This document shows positions 1 to 9,567 of a stretch of 64,000 nucleotides of DNA, piece after piece (the first letter of the stretch is position 1; each line of letters opens with the position of its first letter). The DNA comes from Vulcanimicrobiota bacterium. GTDB lineage: Bacteria; Vulcanimicrobiota; Vulcanimicrobiia; Vulcanimicrobiales; Vulcanimicrobiaceae. The notes under the pieces were generated by a model, which searched no databases, was not told the DNA's origin, and was given only the letters and a program-made list of their open reading frames with translations. A program made the position numbers and the translations under genes. Location: contig PLCF01000072.1 in assembly GCA_003135555.1 (NCBI GenBank), positions 1 through 64,000 on the forward strand. The letters run 5' to 3'.

Positions 1-890
1 CACGCGGCGCGGAGCGCCTGCGCCGGCAGGAGCGATTCGCTCGCCATCGGGGTCAGAAAGATGCGGAGCTGCGCCAGTTCCGAGTCGAGGATCTCGATGC
101 CGTCGAGGTTGCCGGCATCGACGTCGAGCTCGTACAGGTTCATGATCGCGTACAGGGCGAGCGCGGGATTCGATGCTTTTCGCGCGCAGTCGGTCATGCG
201 TACGAGATACGCGCGAGCGGCGGCCGGGTCGTCCTGGACGCCGACCGAAAGGTTGTGCAGGACGCTCAGCGCGCGCGCCGCGACATCGTACAGCTGGGCG
301 CGCTCGGCGTGCTCGAGCGCCATCTGCGCCAGGTCGAAGGCTGAGGTCATGTCGCCGTCGTTCAGCGCGACGAAGGACGCTTGGTGAAAGATGCGGGCGC
401 GCACGCCGTCGTCGTGGACCGCGTGCAGAGCGCGTAGCGCTTTCCTTGCCGCCCGTCGCGCGTCGTCGAGGCGGTGCGCGCCGACGTAGGCCGTTGCGAG
501 CAGCGCCGAGAGCTGGACCGAACCGGCTTCGCTCAGCCCACCGCGGCCGATCTCACCGGTGAGGAAGGTGATGACGTCCGATCGCGCTCGGCGCACCAAG
601 TCGAGCCCATAGCGCAGGACGATCTCGGTTCGGATGCCGTCGGGCGCATCGCGGAGCGCCAAATCGAACCAGACGTCGGCGAGGTCGAAGCGGCCGTCGA
701 GCGATGCCACCATGGCCTTGAGCGCGAGCGCGGTCGAATGCACTGCGAGGACGTGGTTGGGGACGGCCGCAAGCGCGAGCCGAACCGCGGCGACCTGCCC
801 CGAATCGAAGGCTCGAAAGCCGTCCTGCTCGAGCCATGCCGCGGCGGGCAAGTGCGTCGCCGCATCCCGTATGGTTCCGAGGTCCCCCAT
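1..890 (-). CDS. Helical-repeat (TPR/MalT-like) protein, probably a LuxR-type regulator; 3' end lies outside the window
   Basis: Manual translation from ATG 890 (MGDLGTIRDAATHLPAAAWLEQDGFRAFDSGQ...RARIFHQASFVALNDGD...YDVAARALSVLHNL...) stays open to the window edge. Ala/Leu-rich helical repeats. TAGGAT -10-like hexamer 6 nt upstream of the ATG. Not in the ORF track because it has no stop in the window. Confidence 0.6.
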   Translation of the reverse strand, partial: MGDLGTIRDAATHLPAAAWLEQDGFRAFDSGQVAAVRLALAAVPNHVLAVHSTALALKAMVASLDGRFDLADVWFDLALRDAPDGIRTEIVLRYGLDLVRRARSDVITFLTGEIGRGGLSEAGSVQLSALLATAYVGAHRLDDARRAARKALRALHAVHDDGVRARIFHQASFVALNDGDMTSAFDLAQMALEHAERAQLYDVAARALSVLHNLSVGVQDDPAAARAYLVRMTDCARKASNPALALYAIMNLYELDVDAGNLDGIEILDSELAQLRIFLTPMASESLLPAQALRAA

Positions 891-955
891 GACGCAATCC
901 TACCGGCGCCCGGTAACGGCGCCGACGCGGTGGTAACCGCGACGGTAACGGAGCC

Positions 956-1246
956 CTAGGGGATCCGCTTTGCCGGGAGGTTTTGGCCGTTCTGGTGCAA
1001 GGTCACGCTCGTCGCTTTCCCGTCGGCACCGAGCTCGAAGGTGAGCTGCGCGTCGACGACGCGCAGGAAAAACTCGGTCGAGCAGGACCACGCCGGTCTG
1101 ACGCGCCTTGTCGAACCCGATGAAGGCGTGATCTGCAGGTCGGTCGCCGTCGTCGCGTTGCCGCTCGCGTCGCCCGCCGCCGACGTTCCGCTCGGCGCGG
1201 CGAGCACGCAGCCGAGCGCGAACGTCAGGGTTACCAACCGTTTCAC
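956..1246 (-). CDS. Small protein with signal peptide and DUF3471-like C-terminal tail; possibly an internally deleted serine hydrolase remnant
   Basis: GTG start overlaps the phaZ stop (GTGA). The C-terminus TEFFLRVVDAQLTFELGADGKATSVTLHQNGQNLPAKRI resembles the tail of beta-lactamase-family hydrolases. Confidence 0.5.
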   Translation of the reverse strand: MKRLVTLTFALGCVLAAPSGTSAAGDASGNATTATDLQITPSSGSTRRVRPAWSCSTEFFLRVVDAQLTFELGADGKATSVTLHQNGQNLPAKRIP

Positions 1247-2610
1247 GGGCAGCCGATCACGTAGTAGTTCGGCCCGGTCCGTTTGAGCGTGGTCTGATAG
1301 AAGACGTTGTCGAGGCCCATGTTTTGGTTGGAACCGTTCGCGAGCGCGTAGCCGAAGCTGTCGTGCGCGCGCCCCGCCACCACGTGCGAATAGTTCGAGC
1401 CCGAGAAACAGGCCGGTGTCGGCGTCGCAGTCGGCGCGGGCGTCGGCGTCGCGGTCGGGGTCGGCCGCGGCGTCGGCGTCGGCGTGCCGCCACCGGTCGG
1501 CGTCGCGGTCGGGGTTGGGCTCGGCGTGGGGGTGGGTCCGCTCCCGGACCCGATGCGGTCGACCATCTTCTTGATCGCCGCCATTTGCGGCCCGGTCTTG
1601 AGCGCGTAGGTGCTCGTTTCGTAGCCCCACCAGTCCCAGCACCCGTTGGGGTTGTTGGGGCTACTGCTCGAGACCTGATACGGGTAGAGCACCAGGATAT
1701 TGTTGGTATCCGCGTACTTGTTCAGTCCGGCTTCGGTGATGAACTTCGTTCCGATCGACGCCTGCGTTTGCACGCATCCGTCGAGCGCGACGATGAGGCG
1801 GCACTGTTGGCCGCCCGCGCAATTCGCCGGGACGTACAGGTAGCCGTTCGTGTCGAGGTCGTTGGCACCGCCGCCGTACGGCGTTTGGTCGAAGTTGATC
1901 AGCGTTCCGCCGAGCGTGCCGGTGTTGCGCGCGTTGACCGAACCGTAGAAGTAGGTCAGCCACGCTTTCTGGGAGTCGTAGTTGCTGCAGTCGATCATGT
2001 ACGGGCTGGCCGTCGTCCCGCACGCCACCTCACCGTCGAGCGACTCCCAGCCGTGGCCCGATGCGAACGAGTTGTCGTACTTGGTCGAGACGCCGTAGTG
2101 CTGGTACTCGCTGTTGAGGTCGTTCATCGTCTTCTGCTCGACGGTGAAGTCCATCGTCCCCGACCACAGGTACGCCTTCTGCCCGTTGAGATTGGCTTTC
2201 GGGTCGATCGTTCCGGCGGCCGATTGGCTGTCGAGGTAGCTCTCCGAGGCCGCGAGCGAGCTCGACGTCGCGTATTGGCACGTCGTCTGCGCGGTGGTCA
2301 AGCTGTCTTGCGCGCAGTAGTACGGGCCGCCGGCGTAGATCGCCGCGAAGTGGAACGTGCCCGAGAACGCGACGTGCAACTGCACCGCCATGAAGCCGCC
2401 CGACGAGATCCCGGCCACCGCCGTCTTGGTCTTGTCGACGTTATAGCTGCCCAGACTCACCACGCTGCGCGGCGCGCGCACGCTCGCATTCGCCGCCGTG
2501 CTCACCTCCGCGGGCGGCACCGCGGACCCGCTGCCGGCGCAGCCTGCTACGACCGCGGCCAGGGCCACGGCTACGGCCGCGACGTGCGAAAACGACGGTG
2601 GAACACGCAT
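1243..2610 (-). CDS. phaZ: Extracellular PHB depolymerase (catalytic type II, Pro/Thr linker, C-terminal PHB-binding domain)
   Basis: N-terminal lipase box GISSGG; NPNGCWDWWGY motif; PT linker; C-terminal SNYSHVVAGRA...ANGSNQNMGL...TL...YY..GC substrate-binding domain; signal peptide with lipobox VAGC. Confidence 0.85.
   Translation of the reverse strand: MRVPPSFSHVAAVAVALAAVVAGCAGSGSAVPPAEVSTAANASVRAPRSVVSLGSYNVDKTKTAVAGISSGGFMAVQLHVAFSGTFHFAAIYAGGPYYCAQDSLTTAQTTCQYATSSSLAASESYLDSQSAAGTIDPKANLNGQKAYLWSGTMDFTVEQKTMNDLNSEYQHYGVSTKYDNSFASGHGWESLDGEVACGTTASPYMIDCSNYDSQKAWLTYFYGSVNARNTGTLGGTLINFDQTPYGGGANDLDTNGYLYVPANCAGGQQCRLIVALDGCVQTQASIGTKFITEAGLNKYADTNNILVLYPYQVSSSSPNNPNGCWDWWGYETSTYALKTGPQMAAIKKMVDRIGSGSGPTPTPSPTPTATPTGGGTPTPTPRPTPTATPTPAPTATPTPACFSGSNYSHVVAGRAHDSFGYALANGSNQNMGLDNVFYQTTLKRTGPNYYVIGCP
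1412..1540 (-). repeat. Low-complexity Pro-Thr linker repeat within phaZ
   Basis: Encodes PTPTPSPTPTATPTGGGTPTPTPRPTPTATPTPAPTATPTP. Confidence 0.9.
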
Positions 2611-2626
2611 GGAACACCCTCCGCTG

Positions 2627-3016
2627 TTACTTCTTCTTGGCACCGTTTTGAACGGAGAGCTCCCAACGATATCCGTCCGGATCGTGGAACCACAGACCCA
2701 GGTGCGGCGACTCCGGGGCTTCGGGACCGATCTCGTCGCCGGGGTCTTCCAGCTCGACACCATTCTTGAGCAGACCGTCGCGCGCAGCTCGGAGCCGTTT
2801 CATGTTCTTCACGTGGAACGACATGTGGCCGAACGCGGCCGGGTCGGGTTTGCCCTTCGACAACGCGATCGTGATCGCGTCGTTGCTGACCGCGACCCCA
2901 TCGTCGAAACGGAAGATCTCTTCGAGATCGAAGTTCGACGTCCACCACCGGGCACTCGCATCGGGATCGTTCACGGCGAGGCCGAAGTGCCCGACCGCTC
3001 CAAGCTTCACTCGCAT
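2627..3016 (-). CDS. VOC (glyoxalase/bleomycin resistance) family protein
   Basis: GHFGLAV...GHMSFHV...WFHDPDGYRWEL motifs. Confidence 0.9.
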   Translation of the reverse strand: MRVKLGAVGHFGLAVNDPDASARWWTSNFDLEEIFRFDDGVAVSNDAITIALSKGKPDPAAFGHMSFHVKNMKRLRAARDGLLKNGVELEDPGDEIGPEAPESPHLGLWFHDPDGYRWELSVQNGAKKK

Positions 3017-3107
3017 TGCCTTCCTCAGCTTCCGCCCCGGCGGGTGAAACCTTGCACGCCGAACGGCGGTCGAGACCCTACGTCGCCCCGGTCCAGGAGT
3101 TCAAAAC

Positions 3108-3752
3108 GTGTCCCCATCGCAAGCGCGCGTGACGTCGGTCAACGTCGGTCAGCCCGCACCGCTCCAAACGCCGCGCGGCGCGGTCGAAAGCTCGATCGTG
3201 AAGCGGCCGGTCGCCGGCCGCATCGGCTTCTACGGGGTCAATGCCGACGGCGACGATCAAGCCGACCGCAGCGTGCACGGCGGCGTGGACCGCTCGGTGT
3301 ACGCCTACGCCGCCGAAGACTACGCCTGGTGGGGCGGCGAACTGGGGCATGCGCTCGAGCCCGGAACGTTCGGTGAGAACCTCACCACGGGCGGTCTCGA
3401 CGTGAACCAGGCGCTCGTCGGTGAGCGCTGGTCGATCGGCGAGGCCGAGCTCGAGGTGTCGATTCCGCGGGTGCCGTGTTTCAAGTTGGGCGCCCGGATG
3501 GGCGATCCGGCCTTCGTCAAGCGGTTCGCGCAGGCGCGACGACCCGGACCGTACTTGCGCATCGCACGCGCGGGAACCATCGCGGCGGGCGACGCGATCG
3601 CCGTCGTCGCGCGACCCGCACACGGCATCCGCATCATCGATGTCTTCACCATCTACCTGTTCGAACGGCCGCGCTTGCACGAACTGCTGGGGGCTCCCGA
3701 GCTGGGCGCAGCCTGGACCGACTGGATCCACGAACAGCTCGCAGCGCGATAA
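3108..3752 (+). CDS. MOSC domain protein (YiiM-like)
   Basis: GDDQADRSVHGG, FGENLTT and PRVPCFKL motifs. Confidence 0.9.
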   Translation: MSPSQARVTSVNVGQPAPLQTPRGAVESSIVKRPVAGRIGFYGVNADGDDQADRSVHGGVDRSVYAYAAEDYAWWGGELGHALEPGTFGENLTTGGLDVNQALVGERWSIGEAELEVSIPRVPCFKLGARMGDPAFVKRFAQARRPGPYLRIARAGTIAAGDAIAVVARPAHGIRIIDVFTIYLFERPRLHELLGAPELGAAWTDWIHEQLAAR

Positions 3753-3758
3753 CCCGGT

Positions 3759-5174
3759 TCAGGTGCGCAGAACGGTGTCGATCACGAGCCGGCGCCGCAC
3801 CAGCGCGCCGAGCATGTCGCTAACCGCGACCAGGACGATCGCGACGAGCACATAGGCCAACAGCTGGTGATAGAACAGCAGCTCTTGCGCGTTGAAGATC
3901 TGCTGCCCCAGGCCGCCGGCGCCGACCATCCCGAGAATCGTCGACGCGCGAATGTTGTACTCCCAGCGATACAGCACGTGGGTGGCGAAAAGCGGCACCG
4001 CGTCGGGGACGAGTCCGACCAGCGCTCCCGCCGTCGCCGTCGCACCGCCGGCCACCAGCGCCTCGGCGGCCGCGAACGGCCCCAGTTCGAGGCTCTCGGC
4101 GAGCAACCGCCCGAGCACGGCCGCGGTGATGAGCACCAGCGCGACGGCGCCGGCACGCGGTCCCAGGCCGACGACGAGCGTCGCCAACAGCCCCATCGCA
4201 ACGTACGGGATCGAGCGCAAACCGCTCAACCCGACGCGCGCGATCAGCTCGGGTACCAGCGACCAGGGGCGCCAACCGGTCCCGCGCATCCAGCCCGACG
4301 CGAGCGGGCGCGCGATGAGCCACGCGACGGGCAGCGCGAGCAGCGCGCCGCCGAGGGTGCCCACCGCAGCGACCACCAACGTCTCTTGCGCGCCGACGAG
4401 CGCGGCATGCACGACCGTGCCGTCGAACTGCGGCGGGAACGCCCGCACGACGAAATGCGCGATGCGGCCCGGCGCTTGCGCGAAGCGCGCGAACGGCGTC
4501 GACGAAAGCGCGGCGAAGGCCGCCACGCCCACCGCTCCCGTCGCCAACAGCGTTACCCCCGCGACCCACGCGGGTGCGCGCGATCGCAACCATTCGGCGA
4601 ACGCGTCGAAGATGATGATGAACAGCGCGATCGCCGCGAAGAACAGTCCGAACGCGCGGAAATCGGCGAGGTTGAGCGCCTGCAGGATCGCGGTGCCGAG
4701 ACCCCCCGCACCGACGACGCCCACGATGACCGAGTTGCGGATCACGCAGTCGACGATGTACGCACCGAAGCCGACGATGGCGGGGTACGCCGTCGGCAAC
4801 AGGCCGACGAGGAACGCGGCGACGGGGGTCGCGCCGCTGGCCCGCAACGCCTCGGCCGGCTCGCGCCGCACGGCGAGGAGCAGCTCGGCGAAGAGCTTCG
4901 CCGCGACGGCCGCGTTCTGCAACCCGAGCGCGAGCGTCCCCGCAGCGGGCCCGAAACCGAGTGCCGCGACGAAGACCACGGCCAGCACGAGATCGGGGAT
5001 CGCGCGCACCAGCAGCGCGATCGCGTTGACCACCCGGCCCAACGGGCCGCCGGCGGCGATCGCCACGCCGAGCGGCGCACCCAGGACGACGGCGATGAAC
5101 AGCGCGCCGGCCGTGATGCCGATCGTTTCGAGGACGGGTTCGCGGAAGAACTCGATCAGCTGGCCGGGCGTCAT
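3759..5174 (-). CDS. PhnE-like ABC permease with two fused permease modules
   Basis: Two repeats of the PhnE-type core (RAIPDLVLA...GVVGAGGLG and RSIPYVAMG...GMVGAGGLG). Start taken as MTPGQLIEF. Confidence 0.85.
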   Translation of the reverse strand: MTPGQLIEFFREPVLETIGITAGALFIAVVLGAPLGVAIAAGGPLGRVVNAIALLVRAIPDLVLAVVFVAALGFGPAAGTLALGLQNAAVAAKLFAELLLAVRREPAEALRASGATPVAAFLVGLLPTAYPAIVGFGAYIVDCVIRNSVIVGVVGAGGLGTAILQALNLADFRAFGLFFAAIALFIIIFDAFAEWLRSRAPAWVAGVTLLATGAVGVAAFAALSSTPFARFAQAPGRIAHFVVRAFPPQFDGTVVHAALVGAQETLVVAAVGTLGGALLALPVAWLIARPLASGWMRGTGWRPWSLVPELIARVGLSGLRSIPYVAMGLLATLVVGLGPRAGAVALVLITAAVLGRLLAESLELGPFAAAEALVAGGATATAGALVGLVPDAVPLFATHVLYRWEYNIRASTILGMVGAGGLGQQIFNAQELLFYHQLLAYVLVAIVLVAVSDMLGALVRRRLVIDTVLRT

Positions 5175-5176
5175 CG

Positions 5177-5860
5177 TTACTCGTTCACGATGCGCCCGTG
5201 CTCGAGCCGCACGACGCGGTCGAAGCGCGCGGCCAGTTCGGGCTGGTGCAGCGAGCACAACAGCGTCGCGCCGCGCGCCCGCGCGTCGTTGAGCAGCATG
5301 CGGACCGTTTCGTGCGCGAGCTCGGCGTCCAGCGATGCTGCCGGCTCGTCGGCGAGCACCAGCGCGGCTTCCTGGATGACGGCACGCGCGATCGCCACCC
5401 GCTGGCGCTGGCCACCCGAGAGCCCGTAGGCACGATCCGCATAGCGATCGGCAAGCCCGACGCGCTCGAGCGCCGCTCGCACGTCCCCGCGCTCCCCCGG
5501 CGTCGGGAAGGTGACCGCTCGCAGCGCCCCGAGCGTGGAGCGTGCGCCGAACGTTCCGGCGATCACGTTCTGCCACACGCGCAAACGATCGACCAAGCCG
5601 TGCGCCTGAAAGATCATCGCTATCGTTGCCCGCCGCCGGCGCAACGCGGCACCGTTGAGCGTATGCATGTCGTCGCCGCCGACGAGCACCCGTCCGGCGG
5701 TGGGGTCGAAGGCGGCGTAGGCGAGGCGAAACAGCGTCGTCTTGCCCGAACCACTCGGCCCGACGATGGCGACGCGCTCGCCGCGCGCCACCTCGAGGGT
5801 CACGTCGTCGAGCGCGAGCCGCATCCCGTAGCGGTGCGTGACGCGTTCGAAGACGAGCAC
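5177..5860 (-). CDS. PhnC-like ABC ATP-binding protein
   Basis: Walker A GPSGSGKT, signature LSGGQRQRV, Walker B LADEP; GTG start just after the binding-protein stop. Confidence 0.9.
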   Translation of the reverse strand: MLVFERVTHRYGMRLALDDVTLEVARGERVAIVGPSGSGKTTLFRLAYAAFDPTAGRVLVGGDDMHTLNGAALRRRRATIAMIFQAHGLVDRLRVWQNVIAGTFGARSTLGALRAVTFPTPGERGDVRAALERVGLADRYADRAYGLSGGQRQRVAIARAVIQEAALVLADEPAASLDAELAHETVRMLLNDARARGATLLCSLHQPELAARFDRVVRLEHGRIVNE

Positions 5861-5864
5861 GCGA

Positions 5865-6707
5865 TCAGAGCAGCTTGAGTCGCTCGGCCACTTTTCGCAG
5901 CGGCTCGTACTCGGCGTCATTGGCCACGACGTATTTCGTGGCGCGCAGCACGTCGAGTACCGCCGGGTCGGTCGTGCCCAGGAAGGCCTTCTTGATCGCC
6001 TCGGCGGTCGCCGCATCGAGCCCCTTGCGCACGACCCACACGTAGTCGACGAACGGGCGGCTGGTGAAGAACACCCGCGCCTTGGCAGGGTCGATCGTCT
6101 TCTCCTCGACCAGCTTGCGGTACACGGTCTCGTCGATGGCGCCCGCGTCGACCGAACCGCCGTTGACGGCGATCGCGGTAGCGGTATGGTTGCCGGTGTA
6201 CCGTGTCTGCAGGTCTTTGTCGGGATCGATCCCGGCGTCGAGCATCTCCTTGACCGGTTGCAGATGACCGGAGGTCGAGTTCACGTCGCCGAACGCGAAC
6301 TGCTTGCCGCGCAAGTCGGCGAGCTTGACGATCTGCGGGCGGCTGGTGATGAACAGCGAGTGGAACTGCCGGTCGGCCTCGCGCTGCACGAGCGGGATGA
6401 CCCCGTAGAGCTTGCGCGCCTTGAGGTAGGTCAGCCCGCCGAAATACGCCAGGTCGACGCTGTCGTTCCCGATGGCCTCGACGGTGGCCGCGTAGTTGGT
6501 CGGGATGACCAGCTTCACGCTGCGCTTTACCGCGCGTGAAAGCATGTCGACCAACGGCTGTTTCGCGGCGTACGAGCTGGGTGTCGTCGCGACCTCGGGG
6601 ATGAACGCGACGGTGAGCGTATCCGCCGCCAACGCCCGGCGCGGGGCGAGCGTGGCCGCAGTACCGAATGCCGCGACTGCGGAAAGAAACGACGAACGCT
6701 CGATCAT
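5865..6707 (-). CDS. PhnD/PtxB-family ABC substrate-binding protein (phosphonate/phosphite or putative-selenate type)
   Basis: FAFGDVNSTSGHL motif; Tat-like N-terminus; GGAG ribosome site before ATG 6707. Confidence 0.85.
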   Translation of the reverse strand: MIERSSFLSAVAAFGTAATLAPRRALAADTLTVAFIPEVATTPSSYAAKQPLVDMLSRAVKRSVKLVIPTNYAATVEAIGNDSVDLAYFGGLTYLKARKLYGVIPLVQREADRQFHSLFITSRPQIVKLADLRGKQFAFGDVNSTSGHLQPVKEMLDAGIDPDKDLQTRYTGNHTATAIAVNGGSVDAGAIDETVYRKLVEEKTIDPAKARVFFTSRPFVDYVWVVRKGLDAATAEAIKKAFLGTTDPAVLDVLRATKYVVANDAEYEPLRKVAERLKLL

Positions 6708-6774
6708 AGAGACTCCTGCAGGCGATGTACGGTCCTGCGTTTGTGCCCGTTCCAGCGCGCTCCTCCGCCGCCGT

Positions 6775-6963
6775 TCAGGGACGCTGCTCGAAGACCGCAG
6801 CCGCAAGACCGAGCGCGATGATGCCCGCGAAGCTGACGGCGGCCACCGGGCTCGGCGCCGCACTCCGCAACAGCACGACCGCGACCACGATCGCGAGCAC
6901 CACCGCCGCGGGAGCACGCCGCGAATCGCCGGCGATGAACTCCCAGATTGCCGCGAGCCTCAT
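6775..6963 (-). CDS. Small two-TM membrane protein
   Basis: MRLAAIWEFIAGD... with two hydrophobic segments; ATGA overlap with the upstream gene. Confidence 0.7.
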   Translation of the reverse strand: MRLAAIWEFIAGDSRRAPAAVVLAIVVAVVLLRSAAPSPVAAVSFAGIIALGLAAAVFEQRP

Positions 6964-7688
6964 GCACTCGCCTCGCCGCGCACGCGCGCCGCGACGACGA
7001 GCAGCGCCGCGGTCGCCAGATAGAACGCCGCCAGGAGCAGCAACGAGAGATCGGCACCCCACCACGCGATGCCCAAGCCTTCGCCGGTCCAGAACGTCCC
7101 GAACGACGTCAGCATGACGCCCACGACGAACTTCATGGTGTTCTCGGGGACCCGCGACGCGGGGCGTTGCAGCGCCACTCCGGCGAGGACGACGAGCAGC
7201 ACCGCTGCCCCCGCGCCGGCGGCCGACCATTGCAGCGCCGCTGCGGAACCGGCGCCGAAGGTGACGACGATGATCGCCACCTCGAGACCTTCGAGGAGCA
7301 CGGACTTGAACGTCGTCACCATGCCGATGCGGTCGGCCTGCAGGTCCTCGACGTCGCGCATCGCCGAAACCTCGCGCGCGAACGCGGCGTTCTCATCGCG
7401 CAGAGCCTTGCGGCCGGCGTACCGCAAGATCGCCTTGCGCAGCCAGGCCAGACCGAACAGGATCAGCACGATGCCGACGACGAGCTTGAGCTGGTCGATC
7501 GGAATGAGGTGCAGGAGCGGTCCGAAGAGCGCGACGATCACAGCGAGGACCACCAAGGCGTAGGCGGCGCCGCGCAGGGCGACCGGCCACGAACGCGCCA
7601 CCCCGATCGCCAGCACGATCGTCAGCGCTTCGACCGCCTCGACCCCGGAGGCAAGGAAACTGGTCCCCGCGAGCGTCCAACCGTTCAT
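6960..7688 (-). CDS. COG4280-type membrane protein with paired ExxE motifs (FTR1/OFeT-like)
   Basis: VEAVEALTIVLA and LLEGLEVAIIV repeats, PENTMKFVVG; ATGA overlap with the esterase gene. Confidence 0.8.
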   Translation of the reverse strand: MNGWTLAGTSFLASGVEAVEALTIVLAIGVARSWPVALRGAAYALVVLAVIVALFGPLLHLIPIDQLKLVVGIVLILFGLAWLRKAILRYAGRKALRDENAAFAREVSAMRDVEDLQADRIGMVTTFKSVLLEGLEVAIIVVTFGAGSAAALQWSAAGAGAAVLLVVLAGVALQRPASRVPENTMKFVVGVMLTSFGTFWTGEGLGIAWWGADLSLLLLAAFYLATAALLVVAARVRGEASA

Positions 7689-9475
7689 TGGAGGGCGTGC
7701 GCGGCGTGGGTTTCCTCGATGAAGATCAGGCCGTCGAAGCGCTTGCGCACGTCGGTCGAGACGTAAAACGCATTGTCCATCGCCGGACTGTACATCCAGC
7801 CGATCTCGCGTTCCAGCGTTCCACCGTCGAGCCAAGTGCGCAACGGGCTGGGCGGCAACGTATCGAGGTTGAGAAAGTAGCGCGCGCCGCCGGAGCGCAG
7901 CACCGCTTCGAGCGAGTCGGGAAGCGCGGGCGCGAGATCCTGCGCCATGATCCGCGAACTGACTGCGGGCGATGCGCGAACGGTACCACGATCCATCGCG
8001 AACCCCAGCCGGTAGTAGGCGTGACCGTAGCGCTCGTCCAGGAACGAGCCCATCGACCGATCCGCACCCAGCGTCGTCGAAGAGACGTGGAAGTTGTGCG
8101 CCCACACGACGATCTTCGCGCCGCGGTACCTCGTGTCGGCTAGCCAGCCGACGTTTTCCGCCATCGCGAGGTCGCGCCGCGTGCCCATACTCGAGCCGGC
8201 GCCGAAGAGGCTGGCGTATTGCTCGACGACGCGGGCGTCGTGTGCGGTGTCGAGGTCCGGCCCTAATTTGGCGAGCAGCCCTGAGACGCTCGCGACCGCT
8301 TCGGTACAGCCCGCCGGGAGCGCGTTCGCGTCGAGGCCGAGCGCGCCGGGCAAGCACGCATACGCGTGCTCGATCGCGCTCGCGATCTGCGGGTCGTGCG
8401 CCTTCGCGAAATCGACCACTGCGAGCCGCGCGACTTGGGCCGATTGCACGTCGAACCCGGCAAAGTGCACGATCGGGTGCTTGCCGGGCGCCGCGTCGTA
8501 GTCGCGAATCCACTGCGCCAGCGCGAGGACCTCGGTGGTCTGCCACACTCCGAACTTCAAGCCTGCCAGCGCGACTCTGGCTTCTCCGACTCCCGTCGTG
8601 ACGTAGTTTTCCATCGCGCGCGTTTCGGGCTGATACGCCTCGATGGCGAACACGGTGAAGCCCTTCTTCTCCACGAGGTCGCGCAGTACACGGTCCTTCA
8701 TGCTGAAGAACTCGCTCGTCCCGTGCGTCGCTTCTCCGAGCCCGACGATGCGTGCGTCGCCGATCGCACGCTCCACCGGCCCCAGGTCCGCCGACGCGCC
8801 GCCGGGATCGGTCGTGGTAAGCGGAGCGGCGGCCGAACGCAACGCCGCGATCGCCGCCGCACGTTGCGCCGCGTCGAGCACGTGCGGAGGGACCGGTACC
8901 GGAATCACCTGTGACTGCGAGGGTCGCGGCTGCGTCGTTCCCGTGACCGGGACGGTAGTCTCCACGACGTCGAGCCGGGGGGCGGTGATCCACAGCTTGC
9001 CGTGCTGTGCGATCAAGAGGCCGCCGGTGTGAATCCGCGTCGCGCCGTCCGGCACATCCAACACCACGCTGACCTTCGTCCAGTCGTGATCGCCGGTCAA
9101 GCCGCGGCCGCTGGTCATCATGTTGTCGAACGCGACCGCGGTGGGCGCATCGATGCGCATCCACAAGCTCGCGTTCGTCTCGACCCCGGCCGTCTTGACC
9201 TCGCCGCTGAGCCGCACGCGCTTGCCGAGATAGGGCGCCGCGTCGAAGCTCCAGTCGTTCGCGGCGAACGCGTCGTTGGCGGGCCCGTTCGCGGCCAGCA
9301 GCAGCGTCGGTTGCCCGGCGCGGGTCGTCGCCGGGTCGACCGCGATCGAATAGCCGGACCCTTGGAAACCGAACGTGGAAAACGGCTGCAGCGGGATCTC
9401 GAGCGCGCGGGCGCCCAGGGGCGTGCCAACCAGCATAAGCACGGTCAGGGCGGCAAGACATCGACGAGCAAGCAC
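7685..9475 (-). CDS. Erythromycin esterase family protein with N-terminal beta-sandwich domain
   Basis: GLGEATHG and WAHNFH motifs; signal peptide. Start codon uncertain (GTG 9475). Confidence 0.8.
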   Translation of the reverse strand: MLARRCLAALTVLMLVGTPLGARALEIPLQPFSTFGFQGSGYSIAVDPATTRAGQPTLLLAANGPANDAFAANDWSFDAAPYLGKRVRLSGEVKTAGVETNASLWMRIDAPTAVAFDNMMTSGRGLTGDHDWTKVSVVLDVPDGATRIHTGGLLIAQHGKLWITAPRLDVVETTVPVTGTTQPRPSQSQVIPVPVPPHVLDAAQRAAAIAALRSAAAPLTTTDPGGASADLGPVERAIGDARIVGLGEATHGTSEFFSMKDRVLRDLVEKKGFTVFAIEAYQPETRAMENYVTTGVGEARVALAGLKFGVWQTTEVLALAQWIRDYDAAPGKHPIVHFAGFDVQSAQVARLAVVDFAKAHDPQIASAIEHAYACLPGALGLDANALPAGCTEAVASVSGLLAKLGPDLDTAHDARVVEQYASLFGAGSSMGTRRDLAMAENVGWLADTRYRGAKIVVWAHNFHVSSTTLGADRSMGSFLDERYGHAYYRLGFAMDRGTVRASPAVSSRIMAQDLAPALPDSLEAVLRSGGARYFLNLDTLPPSPLRTWLDGGTLEREIGWMYSPAMDNAFYVSTDVRKRFDGLIFIEETHAAHALQ

Positions 9476-9567
9476 CCCACGCGCATTCCTTCGTTCAAGG
9501 CACAGTCCTGGAACGCGGGCTGCTGCGAGCGAGCGGATTCGCGCGATTGGACGCAAAAAGAGCTCCC

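Noticed and set aside
7685..9475. Macrolide resistance gene
   Set aside because: Family membership only. Secreted Ere-like proteins with this N-terminal domain are not evidence of resistance.
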